This document shows positions 38,877-50,680 of a DNA stretch of 64,000 nt, one piece after another. The stretch's first letter is position 1; each line of letters opens with the position of its first letter. The stretch is from Nitrospirota bacterium (lineage in GTDB: Bacteria; Nitrospirota; Nitrospiria; Nitrospirales; Nitrospiraceae). The notes beneath the pieces are model-generated. The model did no database searches, had not been told where the DNA came from, and worked only from the letters and a program-made list of their open reading frames with translations. The DNA lies in the NCBI GenBank assembly GCA_963701855.1, contig CAVPBK010000009.1, positions 224,001 to 288,000 on the forward strand. The letters run 5' to 3'. The position numbers and the translations under genes are program-made.

Positions 38877-39550
38877 GAGCTTCCTCCTTCGTTTGGCTTC
38901 GTCAAACAAGAAACCGGCTATACATTTTCAAATGGGCCCAAGACATCCATCGGCAGCATATGTCACGGCCGACGGTCGCACTTCCGCAAACAGCAACCGT
39001 GTGCTTGCCACACGGATATTTACCGACGGGTGCACGTCCTATGCCGTTACACCGCTCAAAGGATAGAACCATTACATAAAAAACAACTAGTATTTATATC
39101 CATCAAGGGCTTGATCTCGAAGCAAGGGCAATCCATTGAGGCATTTCGGGACAAACTTTTTTGGTTATCTGGTGACTTTTGCAACAGCAAGAGGGAACTT
39201 CTTCGAGATCAGGCCGACAGTAAGGACCGCGCTCACATGGCGGGCGCGACGATATTCACCCTTCTGTCGTGCGACAACCTCAATGCGGCTCAATCAGAAA
39301 TGCTGTGACACGGTCGTGCAGATCGTTTTCGCTGATGATTTTGTTTTTGACACTCGCTATACTGCTGCCTCTTTATGAGCCTTGACCAACGAAATACATC
39401 TGAGCGCATTCACAAACGCTGCTTCCTTCCCGACATCTTTACGGTTACCACCCTCGCAATGCCGCTGTTGGCAAGAGTCGGTTGTCTTATGCTCAAGGGA
39501 TCGATCTGCGTTGAGCAACGCGCCTGCTACGAAAACTGATGGAGGAATTG

Positions 39551-42274
39551 ATGGCACAAACCCCTGAGCACGATCGTTTGTCAAAGGATGGCCTCAACTG
39601 GAAGCACTGGGGTCCCTATCTGAGCGAGCGGCAGTGGGGCACTGTGCGGGAGGATTACAGCCAGGACGGCAATGCGTGGGACTACTTCAGCCATGACCAG
39701 GCGCGATCGCGCGCGTATCGTTGGGGTGAGGACGGTATCGCCGGGATCTCCGACAAACATCAAATATTGTGTTTCTCGCTGGCCCTCTGGAACGGCAAGG
39801 ACTCGATCCTCAAAGAACGGCTGTTCGGCCTGACCAATAGCGAAGGCAACCATGGAGAAGACGTCAAGGAGTACTATTTCTATCTCGACAGCACCCCGAC
39901 GCATTCCTACATGAAGTATCTCTACAAGTATCCGCAGGCGGCTTTTCCTTATGCCGACCTCGTTGACACGAACCGCAGCCGGAACCGCCAGGACATGGAG
40001 TATGAATTGCTCGACACGGGCTTGTTTGATCAGGATCGCTACTTCGATGTTCTTGTCGAGTACGCGAAGGAATCCCCCGACGACATCCTCATCAAGATCA
40101 CCGTCTGCAACCGAGGGAAAGAGGGGGCAGCGTTGCACCTCCTGCCGACACTATTGTTTCGCAACACCTGGTCTTGGCCGAAAGGCGGGTCGAAGCCTGT
40201 GCTCAAGTCGGTCAAGGAAGCAAAACACAGCGTGATTCACGCGCAGCATACCGATCCTTTGTTCCTGGAATCCCTGGCCGACTCCTATCTCTACTGCGAT
40301 GGCAAAGTGCCGTTGCTGTTCACCGAGAACGAAACCAACCAGCAGCGTATCTTCGGCGCTCCCAACCGATCTCCCTATGTGAAGGACGGCATCCACAATT
40401 ATATCGTCCACGGACAGAAGGACGCGGTGAATCCAGATGGGGTCGGGACTAAGGTATCGCCCCATTACCAACTGACTGTCGGTCCGGGAGCCAGCCAGGT
40501 CGTCCGGCTCCGTCTGACGAGAACTGCACCAGACGAGCTCCGCGATCCGTTCGGGACGTTCGACGCGGCAATGAACGAGCGGCTCAAGGAGGCGGACGAG
40601 TTCTATGACGCCCTGACCCCGCCGGCTCTCAAGGCGGATCGCGACCGCACCAACCTCATGCGCCAGGCCTTCGCCGGAATGCTCTGGACCAAACAGTACT
40701 ACTACTTCGACGCAGACCAGTGGCTGGAGGAACATCACGCACATCCGCTGCACCGGGGAAGCCAACAAGCGACCCGCAATCGCGAGTGGTTCCACATGGT
40801 CAACGACGATGTCATCTCGATGCCGGACAAGTGGGAGTATCCATGGTACGCAGCCTGGGACCTGGCATTCCATACGGTCGCTCTTACGGGCGTAGATCCT
40901 GATTTCGCCATGCAGCAGCTCAAGCTGATGCTCAGCCAGCACTATCTCCATCCCAACGGCCAGATTCCGGCCTACGAGTGGAACTTCAGCGATGTGAATC
41001 CGCCCGTCCATGCCTGGGCAACGCTGTTTCTCACCCGCCGCCAGATTTCGCAAAACGAGGAACTGAACTGGGATTTTCTCAAGTCGGCCTTTTCGAAGCT
41101 GCTCCTGAACTTTACCTGGTGGATCAACCGCAAAGACCGGTTCGGGAAGAACGTGTTTGAGGGGGGCTTCCTCGGACTCGACAACATCGGCATCTTCGAC
41201 CGGAGCGCCCCGCTGCCCACCGGTGGCCACCTGGAGCAAGCGGACGGTACAGCCTGGATGGCCTTCTTCAGCCAGAACATGGCGGAGCTCGCAATAATTC
41301 TGGCCGGTCACGATCCTGTCTACGATGAGATGGCCGCGAAGTTCTCGGAACACTTCCTCTGGATCGCGGCGGCAATGAACCAGCCTGGTGAGGACGGGAT
41401 GTGGGACGAGGAAGACGGCTTCTACTACGACATCCTTCGCACTCCCGACGGAAAAGCTACGAAGCTCAAAGTGCGATCTATGGTAGGACTGCTCCCGTTG
41501 TGCGCCACAACTGTCATCGAGCCCTGGCAACGAGCACTGATTCCCAAAACGATCGCGTCAAATCGCGAACGCATCAAGAAGATGCCGGAGCTGCTCAAAA
41601 CCATTCACCCAACAGGCCCGGGGCATTTCGGAGTCGGCGAGCGAGGCATCGTGGCCCTGGTCGATCAGGAGCGGCTCCGCCGGATCCTCTCGAAGATGCT
41701 CGACGAGAATGAGTTCCTGAGTCCCTACGGCATTCGTTCACTCTCCAAGTTCCACGAAAAGCACCCGTATGTTTTCCACGTCGGCGGCCAGGAATACCGG
41801 GTGGATTATTTGCCGGGGGAGTCGAACAGCGGCATGTTCGGCGGCAACTCCAACTGGCGAGGACCGATCTGGGTGCCGGTGAACACCCTCATCATCCGGG
41901 CGCTGGTAAACTTTTACCTGTATTATGGGGACAACTTCAAAATCGAATGCCCAACCGGGTCCGGTCGCATGATGAATCTATTTGAAGTTGCCAAGGAGAT
42001 CATGGAACGGCTCGCGCGAATCTTCCTGCGCGATAGCAGTGGACACCGACCTGTGTATGGAGGCACGGAAAAGTTCCAATCCGACCCCCACTGGCGGGAC
42101 CACCTCCTCTTTTACGAATACTTCCACGGCGACAACGGGGCGGGGCTTGGGGCGAGTCACCAGACCGGCTGGACCGGACTGGTAGGCGGGCTCATGCGGC
42201 TGCTCGGCGCGACAGATGCCGAGCAGCTTCTCAAAGGCGGTAACATTGCGATCGTGAAGAGTCTCAAGCGATGA
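39551..42274 (+). CDS. GH63/MGH1-like glucosidase, copy 2
   Basis: GGAGG RBS; the same motifs as copy 1 with long identical stretches. Confidence 0.92.
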   Translation: MAQTPEHDRLSKDGLNWKHWGPYLSERQWGTVREDYSQDGNAWDYFSHDQARSRAYRWGEDGIAGISDKHQILCFSLALWNGKDSILKERLFGLTNSEGNHGEDVKEYYFYLDSTPTHSYMKYLYKYPQAAFPYADLVDTNRSRNRQDMEYELLDTGLFDQDRYFDVLVEYAKESPDDILIKITVCNRGKEGAALHLLPTLLFRNTWSWPKGGSKPVLKSVKEAKHSVIHAQHTDPLFLESLADSYLYCDGKVPLLFTENETNQQRIFGAPNRSPYVKDGIHNYIVHGQKDAVNPDGVGTKVSPHYQLTVGPGASQVVRLRLTRTAPDELRDPFGTFDAAMNERLKEADEFYDALTPPALKADRDRTNLMRQAFAGMLWTKQYYYFDADQWLEEHHAHPLHRGSQQATRNREWFHMVNDDVISMPDKWEYPWYAAWDLAFHTVALTGVDPDFAMQQLKLMLSQHYLHPNGQIPAYEWNFSDVNPPVHAWATLFLTRRQISQNEELNWDFLKSAFSKLLLNFTWWINRKDRFGKNVFEGGFLGLDNIGIFDRSAPLPTGGHLEQADGTAWMAFFSQNMAELAIILAGHDPVYDEMAAKFSEHFLWIAAAMNQPGEDGMWDEEDGFYYDILRTPDGKATKLKVRSMVGLLPLCATTVIEPWQRALIPKTIASNRERIKKMPELLKTIHPTGPGHFGVGERGIVALVDQERLRRILSKMLDENEFLSPYGIRSLSKFHEKHPYVFHVGGQEYRVDYLPGESNSGMFGGNSNWRGPIWVPVNTLIIRALVNFYLYYGDNFKIECPTGSGRMMNLFEVAKEIMERLARIFLRDSSGHRPVYGGTEKFQSDPHWRDHLLFYEYFHGDNGAGLGASHQTGWTGLVGGLMRLLGATDAEQLLKGGNIAIVKSLKR

Positions 42275-42490
42275 GCATGAAAGTCTGACCTGGTCATCCC
42301 CTGATCTATCAGATCAACACCCGCGTCTGGTTGACTGGATTCTCCTGGACCCTTGGCCGGACAGCGACGCTCGACGACATCCCGGATTCCGAGCTGACCG
42401 ATGGGTGCTGGATGGGCTTCGCCTGGACGGTGCGAGCTGGTGTGCGCTGGATGTTCGGAACACCACTGATTCCGCAGTCGTTTTTTCCAC
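42271..42490 (+). pseudogene. Chimeric scar: GH13 amylase N-terminus fused to a beta-barrel C-terminus
   Basis: HPLIYQINTRVWL...TLDDIPDSEL (cf. YPVIYEINTWVWL of the 31866 gene), with an early TGA, then WTVRAGVRWMFG (cf. WSVQAGVRWMFS of the 8609 gene). Confidence 0.75.
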
Positions 42491-42600
42491 GCTTCGCTTG
42501 GCCTTCCTGCCAGCTCCAGATGACACGCATCGCGCGCTCTTTTGCTCTTGCAGATCAACAGGCGTATTGAGATATCTCCTTATTCTCGCCGATCAGCATA

Positions 42601-43644
42601 ATGGACGCGACACCGACCGGGCGCACTCAATCACGACATTGCAGCCGAGACTCTTGGCGCTGGACTGTCTCGGTCGGCCTCGCCTCAGCGTTGGGCGCAT
42701 GGCTTGGGATTGGAACCCTGTATGTTGCTTTGGCGGAGGAATCGTCGCAGGGGCCACGAGAGAGCAAGAGCGTCCGGCCAGTCGATCAGGACACGGATAG
42801 CCCTGCCACAAACGAACCCGAATCCGCTTCGGAACAGAAGCCTGAAGGTCCGCGTCGCGAACCCCGGTTTCTCCCGTCAATACTGAGGCCCGAACAACTG
42901 ACTCAGGAAGAATACGGGGAAGCCGAGAGATTCAGAAAGATGGCCGCCAAGTATGGGACGGATCCGACTGCGATTGTGGGCCGTGTGCAGCTGTCCTCTC
43001 AATACTCGAACTTACCTCATGGTGCTCAGCTCTCCGATACCGTAGCCCGAGTGGATCTCCCGTTCCGGGGTAACTGGCTGCTCCGAGTGGACACTCCGTT
43101 CCACCGGTGGCTCGATCCCAATCGTTCCGGCATGAGCAGCGCCCAGGGCTTGGGCAACCTATCGGCCATACTCGGGTGGCGCGCCTACAACACGCCCGAA
43201 TACGCCTTCTTGATCGGCGCCGCTTCCTCATTTCCCACCGCGTCCGAAGACACGTTGGGAAGCGGCAAGTATACGGTCGGCCCAATCATTGCCACGGGCC
43301 GTTTTCTCCCTCACTGGGAGTCCTTCCTGTTCGGAGTGTTCCAACATTCGGTCTCAGCCGGCGGCAATCCTGCGCGAGCAGACATCTCTTTCACTTCAGC
43401 GTCAGTACAGATTAATACCATTTGGGCCGAGCGTTGGTGGAGCACCGTACAGGGGGGGTGGCAGGTCAATTGGGAGCAAAAGGCAAAGAGCAGCATGACT
43501 CTCGAAGTCGAAGGCGGTCTCAATGTGGTGGGACGATGGGGAGTCTATATGCGTCCCGGGGTTGGGATTTGGGGAAACGATGTCATCGGAGCCTACGATT
43601 GGAGTGTGGAGGTCGGCACTCGCTACATGTTCAAATCGTTCTGA
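42601..43644 (+). CDS. Putative outer-membrane beta-barrel channel, paralog B
   Basis: GTDPTAIVG, FPTASEDTLGSGKYTVGP and terminal YMFKSF. Confidence 0.72.
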   Translation: MDATPTGRTQSRHCSRDSWRWTVSVGLASALGAWLGIGTLYVALAEESSQGPRESKSVRPVDQDTDSPATNEPESASEQKPEGPRREPRFLPSILRPEQLTQEEYGEAERFRKMAAKYGTDPTAIVGRVQLSSQYSNLPHGAQLSDTVARVDLPFRGNWLLRVDTPFHRWLDPNRSGMSSAQGLGNLSAILGWRAYNTPEYAFLIGAASSFPTASEDTLGSGKYTVGPIIATGRFLPHWESFLFGVFQHSVSAGGNPARADISFTSASVQINTIWAERWWSTVQGGWQVNWEQKAKSSMTLEVEGGLNVVGRWGVYMRPGVGIWGNDVIGAYDWSVEVGTRYMFKSF

Positions 43645-43740
43645 AGTGTTCTGAATTTTGAACTTCACGTCGTGCTTGTCTCGCTCCTCCCGCCTGTCTC
43701 GCGTGCAAAAACAATGTCTGATCTCTGCTCAACCTCGACC

Positions 43741-44436
43741 TCAGCCTACTTCGCTCTCTGCCGCCGCTCGGTCGGCGAGCACGATGGCTTGCTCACGGTA
43801 AACTAGTCCCGCCGGAATCGACAGGTCTCTGTCACGCAGGCGGGCAAGCATTCCAGCCTTCTCGCTCCCGGTAACCAGCCACAGAATGCAGCGTGAACGA
43901 TTAAGAATGGGATAGGTCAATGTCATCCTACGCCTGCCCTGGTACATCCCCGTCAGGGCGACATCCGCTTCTGCCACCTTGAGCACAGGATCTTCCGGTA
44001 TGAGCGACGCCGTATGGCCATCAGGCCCAAGCCCGAGGTGGACCAGATCAAGCACCGGCGGCGAGCCGGCAATCTCTTGGAGCGTTGCGGCGTATTGTGC
44101 GGCAGCAGCCTCCAGGTCAGAGGCTTCCACCGGCATGGCATAAATTCTATCAACAGGTAGCCGCGCCTGTGAAAGCAAACTGTCGCGCAGATGCGTCAGG
44201 TTGCGATCCGGGTGCCCGGCCGGGGCTACTCGTTCGTCCACTTGCACCACATGTACCTTCTCCCACGGCATGTCCTGATTTGAGAGTGCGCGCAACATCA
44301 TCCAGGGCGTGCGACCGCCACTCACGGCCATGATAAAACGTCCGCGCGCGGCCACGCCTGATCGAGCCTTCTCGGCAATCATCGAAGCTGCCGCTCGGGC
44401 GACTGAATCGGCGTCGGCCAGTACGTCAATCTTCAT
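43741..44436 (-). CDS. pgl: 6-phosphogluconolactonase
   Basis: AVSGGRTP, VDERVAP, LGLGPDGHTASL and RMTLTYP. Confidence 0.93.
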   Translation of the reverse strand: MKIDVLADADSVARAAASMIAEKARSGVAARGRFIMAVSGGRTPWMMLRALSNQDMPWEKVHVVQVDERVAPAGHPDRNLTHLRDSLLSQARLPVDRIYAMPVEASDLEAAAAQYAATLQEIAGSPPVLDLVHLGLGPDGHTASLIPEDPVLKVAEADVALTGMYQGRRRMTLTYPILNRSRCILWLVTGSEKAGMLARLRDRDLSIPAGLVYREQAIVLADRAAAESEVG

Positions 44437-44468
44437 GAGGTGCCGTCATTGTTTGAGCGTCTCTTGCA

Positions 44469-45146
44469 TCATAATTTTTTATCCACGACCGGATAGACGC
44501 CGGTCAGCCGCGCGATCAGAATGGCGACATACATGACGCCTATGACCATCTCCAGGACTGTCAGGTAGCGGGATTGAACCAACGCAGGAGTAATATCGCC
44601 GAATCCAGCAGTCGTGAGCGCCGTGAAGCTGAAATAGAGCAGTTCTGTCATGTCGAGAGTCTTTGGCGTTCCCCCGAGCGCATAGGCGCCAGGGTAGAAG
44701 TACTGTGTCACGCCGTGCAGGTTTGCCCAGAAGACGGCGACCAGCATGTATGCAGCCACGGCGCCGTACAGCTTGTCTCCAGACATGAAATCCCGCCGGA
44801 ACACATAATGCAGAAGATTGGAAAGGATGAATGCGTAGAAAACGGCGTTGAAGCCCCAGGACAAGGCGAGGTACCCGGGCAGGCTCGACGCCAGCGCCAG
44901 GAATCGAAAGACAAGCGCCGGCAGAATCAGGATCACAGCAATGACAAACGATAACCACGAGCGCCCGACCGCCGCAACCGCGGTCAAGAGAATAGTGACG
45001 TTGACGACAACCAGTATCGCAGGGCCATGGGTGGTCTCGCTCAGGAACGGCAGCGCGACAAGCAGAGCGATCAGCGCCCAGAAAAGAAGTAAGCAGCGCT
45101 GCTCGATTATCTGCCCTAGGCGCAGGTTCAGCGGTTCATTCTCCAT
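44469..45146 (-). CDS. Ion channel (Ion_trans_2, K+-channel-like) membrane protein
   Basis: Pore helix/filter YFSFTALTTAGFGDITP and YVAILIARL. Confidence 0.85.
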   Translation of the reverse strand: MENEPLNLRLGQIIEQRCLLLFWALIALLVALPFLSETTHGPAILVVVNVTILLTAVAAVGRSWLSFVIAVILILPALVFRFLALASSLPGYLALSWGFNAVFYAFILSNLLHYVFRRDFMSGDKLYGAVAAYMLVAVFWANLHGVTQYFYPGAYALGGTPKTLDMTELLYFSFTALTTAGFGDITPALVQSRYLTVLEMVIGVMYVAILIARLTGVYPVVDKKL

Positions 45147-45147
45147 G

Positions 45148-45215
45148 ACACGTGATCCTTCCCGTGATACGGGATGCGAGATGCGGGATATCTCGTATCC
45201 CATATCGCCCATCCC
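45148..45215. repeat. 7-mer inverted repeat hairpin
   Basis: GATACGGGATGCGAGATGCGGGAT / ATCTCGTATCCCATATC. Confidence 0.6.
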
Positions 45216-45244
45216 CTCTTGTCCGCACCCGGTCGAACTGGCCC

Positions 45245-46114
45245 CTACAGCACAGACGAGACCCAGCTATCAGCCGGAATTGCCAGCAACGGACAGCCGC
45301 ACTGCCGGAGCACTTGTTCACTAGTGCTGCCTCGCAGGGCATCAAGAAAGCCTTGTCGCCCCTCGGTGGACATGACGATGAGATCGGCCTCCATCCCGTG
45401 AGCGGTCTGCAGAATCAACTGTGTGATATCGCCCTTCTCCGACATCTTCGTCCATTCCCATCCCGGCAACTCCGGACAGCTGACCTCGGGCATCTCGCTG
45501 CCGTCACCCACATGAAGGATGGTGAACTGACCGGTGGGGCAGTTGAGCCGCTGCGCGAGCCGGACAGCGGCCTGGATCGCTGGCTGTGCCTGTGGAAGCG
45601 GCGCGATAGGGATCAAAATGTTCTTAAGCGATACGGAGCCGTCCATCAATGACACAAACCCCTCTACGCCCGCGGGAATGAAGAGCGTCATTTGATGCGA
45701 TTCCCTGGCCACAGGTTTGGCGACGGAGTTCTCCAGCCATAGGACACGCCCTTTGTCCTGTTGTGTGGCAAGGACAATCAGGTCGCTGGGCTGGTGCTCA
45801 AGAAACCCCAGCACCGCTTTCACCGGATTCTTGTCCTGAGCAACGACTTTATTGACCTTAATGCCCAGTTCAGGCACGGCTGACTGAGGGCTGTCTTTCG
45901 GCAGGATTCCCCACCGCTCGAGTGTCTGCTTCACGCCGGGAAACTCAGTCCAATTCTCCTTCCGATCTGGCGACACGTGGAAAATGGTGAGCGTGGCCTT
46001 GGCGACCAGCGCGGCTTTCAATGCGTGGGCAAAGGCGGTTTCGCTGGCTGGGCTAAAGTCGGAGGGATGAAACACGTGCTGCAGAATCGGCAGACTCAGA
46101 GGCGTCTTGCTCAC
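45245..46114 (-). CDS. Tandem-domain universal stress protein
   Basis: HPSDFSPASETAF, DLIVLAT and ADLIVMSTEGRQG...GSTSEQVLR; GGAGGAG before the GTG. Confidence 0.88.
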   Translation of the reverse strand: MSKTPLSLPILQHVFHPSDFSPASETAFAHALKAALVAKATLTIFHVSPDRKENWTEFPGVKQTLERWGILPKDSPQSAVPELGIKVNKVVAQDKNPVKAVLGFLEHQPSDLIVLATQQDKGRVLWLENSVAKPVARESHQMTLFIPAGVEGFVSLMDGSVSLKNILIPIAPLPQAQPAIQAAVRLAQRLNCPTGQFTILHVGDGSEMPEVSCPELPGWEWTKMSEKGDITQLILQTAHGMEADLIVMSTEGRQGFLDALRGSTSEQVLRQCGCPLLAIPADSWVSSVL

Positions 46115-46484
46115 GAAGCTCCTCCAGTTCGATCGGGCAATACCTAGCACAAGTATGATTGGAAAGTCATGAATACGGATACGGATGGAACCATCAGCGG
46201 CTCCTCTGGATCAACAGGAGTCCGAGAGGCACCTGTTTGATCTCAGAACCGATAGGTGGCCTCCACAGACCCGTTCGTGTTGAACAGGATCTCAGGGTTG
46301 AAACTCCGGCGGAAAGATGGGCCGGAAGTCTTTGTTGGAGTTATCAATTCCTTCGGAAGCTATGGGGGAAGGCGGTGTGAGGTAAAAGACAGGGAATCGG
46401 ATTTAGGTTTTGCCATCGCGCATTTCTCGTAGCCGTCCATTCTCGGATTTACATGGTGTCGTGCAATCCCTGGTTCTATCGGGA

Positions 46485-46645
46485 TCAGGTCGATATCAAC
46501 GCATCGTTGACACGCCGGACCTTGATTTTTCCAACGCGTTTCTCCGCCTGCGCCAGATCGTAGGCGACCTGCATCCGCAGCCATGTCTCGGCACACCCCC
46601 AAAGGCTTTTTCCAGGCGGATCGCCATTTCTGAGGAAATCACGGC
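46485..46645 (-). pseudogene. higA: HigA-family antitoxin C-terminal fragment (frameshifted)
   Basis: ISSEMAIRLEKAFGG / AETWLRMQVAYDLAQAEKRVGKIKVRRV across one frameshift. Confidence 0.7.
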
Positions 46646-46702
46646 CGCTGCCGCAGACCATGCTGCCCCGCTCGGATTTTCCTCGACGCAGGACGTTGCC
46701 GA

Positions 46703-48766
46703 CTACCTTGCTCGCCGCACTTGCTGCATGGCGGTTTCAATCACACGCTCCTTCGTGAAGCCGAACTCCTTCTGCAATACTTTCAATGGAGCCGACGCCC
46801 CAAACGTCGTCATGCCGACGATGGCGCCCGTGGGGCCGACGTAGTGTGCCCACCCGAAAGTCGAGGCCTGTTCAACCGCTACGCGAGCCGTCACCGCCGG
46901 CGGCAGCACCTGGTCGCGATAGGCTTGGTCCTGCTGCTCGAACAGTTCCCACGAAGGCATACTCACGACCCGAACCTTCATTCCTTCGGACTTGAGCTGT
47001 TCGTATGCTGCAACGCAGAGCGAGACTTCACTGCCGGTTCCAATAAGGATCACGTCAGGCATGCCATCGGCGGCATCGGCCAGGACATAGGCCCCCTTTG
47101 CCAAACCGGCCGCGGAGGCATATTTCGTACGGTCCAGCGTCGGCACGTCTTGCCGGGTTAGCATGAGCGCCACCGGCTCGTGATGCAGATTCATGATCAC
47201 GCGCCAGGCTGCCACTACCTCATTCGCATCGGCCGGCCGCAGGACAATCAGCCCGGGCATCGCGCGCAACGAGGCGAGATGTTCGATCGGCTGGTGGGTC
47301 GGCCCGTCTTCTCCCACGGCAATCGAGTCGTGCGTGAAAATGTGGATGACCGGCACTTCCATGATTGCGCCGAGCCGGATCCCGCCTCTGGCATAATCAC
47401 TGAAAATCAGGAATCCGGAACCATAGGCCCGGACCTTCACCAAGGCCATCCCGTTCAGGATCGCCGCCATCGCGTGCTCGCGGATCCCGAAGTGAAGATT
47501 GCGACCGCCGGGAGTCTCGGCAGTGACATCGCCCGCCCCTTCAAACGTCAACCGCGTTTTGACCGAAGGGGCCAGATCCGCCGACCCGCCCATCAACCAG
47601 GGCACACGCTTTCCCACCGCGTTCAACACCTGCCCGGACGAGACCCGCGTGGCCAGGCCCTTGGCGTCGGCCGGGAAGGCAGGCAAATCCTTGTCCCATC
47701 CGTCTGGCAACTGCCGGTGTTGCATCCGGTACAATTCATCGGCCAGCTCCGGGTATTTGGCCTTGTACTCTTTGATGCGCGTGAACCAGGCGCCGCGGAG
47801 CGTTTCCCCTCGAGCGCCGATCCCTTGCCTGAAATGCTCAGAGACGCCGTCGGGAATATGGAATTTGGCGTCCTCCGGCCATCCGTAATTTTTCTTGGTC
47901 TTTCGGATTTCCTCTTCGCCGAGCGGCTCTCCGTGAGCTGCCGAGGTGTCTTGTTTGTTGGGCGCCCCGTAGGCGATGTGGCTGTCCACGATGATCAGAG
48001 TCGGCCGGTCTGTCGTCTTCTGGAAGGTTCGAAACGCCCGCTCGAGCATCACGAGGTCGTTGGCGTCGCCGACGCGGGTGACGTTCCAGCCATAGGCGAT
48101 GAACCTTGTTGCGACATCGTCCGAGAAAGCCAGCGCGGTGTTGCCTTCGATCGTGATGTGATTGTTGTCGTAGATCCAGCAGAGGTTCGAGATGCCCAGG
48201 TGTCCGGCCATCGAGGCGGCCTCGTGAGAGATCCCCTCCATCATGTCACCGTCCCCGCACAAGGCATAGACGTTAAAATTGATTATGTCGTCGAAGCCGG
48301 GCCGATTGAAATGCTCAGCCATCCAGCGGCCGGCCAGGGCCATGCCCACGCTGTTCGAAATCCCCTGCCCGAGCGGTCCGGTTGTGGTTTCGACACCGGA
48401 GGTCCACCGGTACTCCGGATGACCGGGGCAGCGGCTCCCCAATTGACGAAACCGCTTGATGGCATCCAACGGCACCGACAGTTCACCGAGGGTCTCGTAC
48501 TCTTTGCTCACGGCCTTCACCCCGGTGAGATGAAGCAGGGAATACAGCAACATCGAGGCGTGGCCGATGGACAAGACAAAACGGTCGCGATTGGGCCAGA
48601 TCGGGTCTTGAGGATCGAAACGGAGAAATCGCTGCCACAGGCAATAGGCCACGGGAGCCAAGGCCATAGGCGTACCAGGATGGCCTGAGTTGGCCTGCTG
48701 AACGGCATCCATGGACAACGTGCGGATCGTGTTGATGCAGAGTTGATCGAGCTGTTCACGAGTCAT
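46703..48766 (-). CDS. tkt: Transketolase
   Basis: ANSGHPG, GDGDMMEG (TPP motif), FGIREHAM and GEDGPTHQP. Confidence 0.96.
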   Translation of the reverse strand: MTREQLDQLCINTIRTLSMDAVQQANSGHPGTPMALAPVAYCLWQRFLRFDPQDPIWPNRDRFVLSIGHASMLLYSLLHLTGVKAVSKEYETLGELSVPLDAIKRFRQLGSRCPGHPEYRWTSGVETTTGPLGQGISNSVGMALAGRWMAEHFNRPGFDDIINFNVYALCGDGDMMEGISHEAASMAGHLGISNLCWIYDNNHITIEGNTALAFSDDVATRFIAYGWNVTRVGDANDLVMLERAFRTFQKTTDRPTLIIVDSHIAYGAPNKQDTSAAHGEPLGEEEIRKTKKNYGWPEDAKFHIPDGVSEHFRQGIGARGETLRGAWFTRIKEYKAKYPELADELYRMQHRQLPDGWDKDLPAFPADAKGLATRVSSGQVLNAVGKRVPWLMGGSADLAPSVKTRLTFEGAGDVTAETPGGRNLHFGIREHAMAAILNGMALVKVRAYGSGFLIFSDYARGGIRLGAIMEVPVIHIFTHDSIAVGEDGPTHQPIEHLASLRAMPGLIVLRPADANEVVAAWRVIMNLHHEPVALMLTRQDVPTLDRTKYASAAGLAKGAYVLADAADGMPDVILIGTGSEVSLCVAAYEQLKSEGMKVRVVSMPSWELFEQQDQAYRDQVLPPAVTARVAVEQASTFGWAHYVGPTGAIVGMTTFGASAPLKVLQKEFGFTKERVIETAMQQVRRAR

Positions 48767-48809
48767 CGCAAGCCTTTCGGGTTATGTGTTGTTGGCGGAA
48801 CGAGGTGTC

Positions 48810-50451
<1,642 letters not shown>

Positions 50452-50500
50452 CGCATCACCTCCTTGGCATTCCAGCGATTCCTCATGTGATCCTTTCTCC

Positions 50501-50680
50501 CTAACAGGCTGTTGACAAAGTCCGCCAACGTGTGAAGACCGTTATTTGGTTTGTCTGGTCTATTTTGTTTGTCTGGTTTTTTGATTGAACGAAACTAACC
50601 ATATGAACCAAATCAACCAGATAAACAAAACAAACCAGATGAACCAGACAAACCAACTTAGTTTTTCCGCAACCTGTCAG
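50501..50680. mobile_element. MITE-like element: IS5/IS1182-like terminal inverted repeats around a 9-mer hairpin array
   Basis: Left end CTAACAGGCTGTTGACAAA, right end (reverse complement) CTGACAGGTTGCGGAAAAA; the right end overlaps the phosphatase stop codon. Confidence 0.65.

Noticed and set aside
38910..39540. ORFs or FNR/CRP sites in the ompA-GH63 divergent gap
   Set aside because: The ORFs lack coding features, and no full TTGAT-N4-ATCAA or TGTGA-N6-TCACA was seen; only a lone IHF-like CATCAAGGGCTTG
47180..48688. 502-aa + strand ORF, and similar long ORFs at 21797-22921, 31878-33365, 40151-41530 and 58385-59596
   Set aside because: Antisense shadows of well-conserved genes (tkt, RND permease, GH63, xfp) caused by GC-rich codon bias; no recognisable motifs
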